A stretch of DNA of 64,000 nt from Coniocarpon cinnabarinum (Eukaryota): the NCBI GenBank assembly GCA_051942205.1, contig JAVECO010000032.1, forward strand, positions 62,001 to 126,000, written 5' to 3'. Position 1 is the first letter of the stretch. Each line of letters begins with the position of its first letter. This document shows positions 63,795-64,000 of this stretch, in pieces. Under the pieces are notes generated by a model. It saw only the letters and a list, made by a program, of their open reading frames with translations, was not told where the DNA came from and did not search any database. The translations under genes and the position numbers were made by a program.

Positions 63795-64000
63795 CTACCT
63801 ATCCCAGAACACAACCAGCTCATCGAAGTCCGACTCCTGAAGAAGCTCAGCGGGTCTCGGATCGTTGTCAACGATGGCACGTCTCAAATTGCAAGCGCGA
63901 ATAGCCATGTTCCTTGCACCCATCGTATCACCATCGATGTAGTATATGTTCGCCGTTCAGTAAGTCACACGAGCCAACGCGGCGCGATACTCAGGGTGTT
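63795..64000 (-). pseudogene. 3' end of an NLR-like (NB-ARC/TPR-type) gene with an in-frame stop; gene extends beyond the window
   Basis: Minus-strand frame HPEYRAALARVTY*TANIYYIDGDTMGARNMAIRACNLRRAIVDNDPRPAELLQESDFDELVVFWDR*. The E.DFD.LV.FW.R terminus is typical of fungal TPR-ending STAND proteins; TGA at 63957-63959. Confidence 0.6.

Noticed and set aside
1..64000. CRISPR arrays, rRNA/tRNA genes, intact transposons, RIP-degraded AT-rich blocks
   Set aside because: None seen by eye; base composition stays roughly balanced throughout. tRNAscan-SE, Infernal and RepeatMasker would be needed to exclude small elements.

Overview
Intron-rich fungal (Pezizomycotina, ascomycete) genomic DNA. No rRNA, tRNA, CRISPR array or intact transposase was recognised. 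The first ~50 kb is mostly ordinary. It holds BLI-3, secreted CAZymes (CE5, CE12, GH5), a run of redox/hydrolase genes (MDR dehydrogenase, alpha/beta hydrolase, FAD oxidoreductase, P450), ribokinase, the housekeeping block swc4-nup133-Alba-like-fmt1, two sugar porters, an acid sphingomyelinase-like enzyme, a Zn2Cys6 TF, an SDR, a small conserved membrane protein and a MOSC protein. The last ~14 kb looks accessory and rich in non-self-recognition-type genes. It has an ankyrin gene, a decayed HeLo-like+ankyrin gene, a PTH11-like membrane protein, a CorA-like membrane protein with a 9-nt microexon, and the stop-interrupted 3' end of an NLR-like TPR gene at the window edge. Interleaved with these are three two-exon microprotein genes (64, 71, 66 aa), two of them absent from the ORF track. 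All three have a short hydrophobic Gly-rich N-terminal exon, a phase-1 intron of 51-56 nt and a low-complexity G/S/N/K/D tail. Two of them sit behind recognisably homologous ~1.3-1.5 kb intergenic regions shared with divergent membrane-protein genes. Gene models were spliced by eye and family calls come from motif recognition, not database searches.
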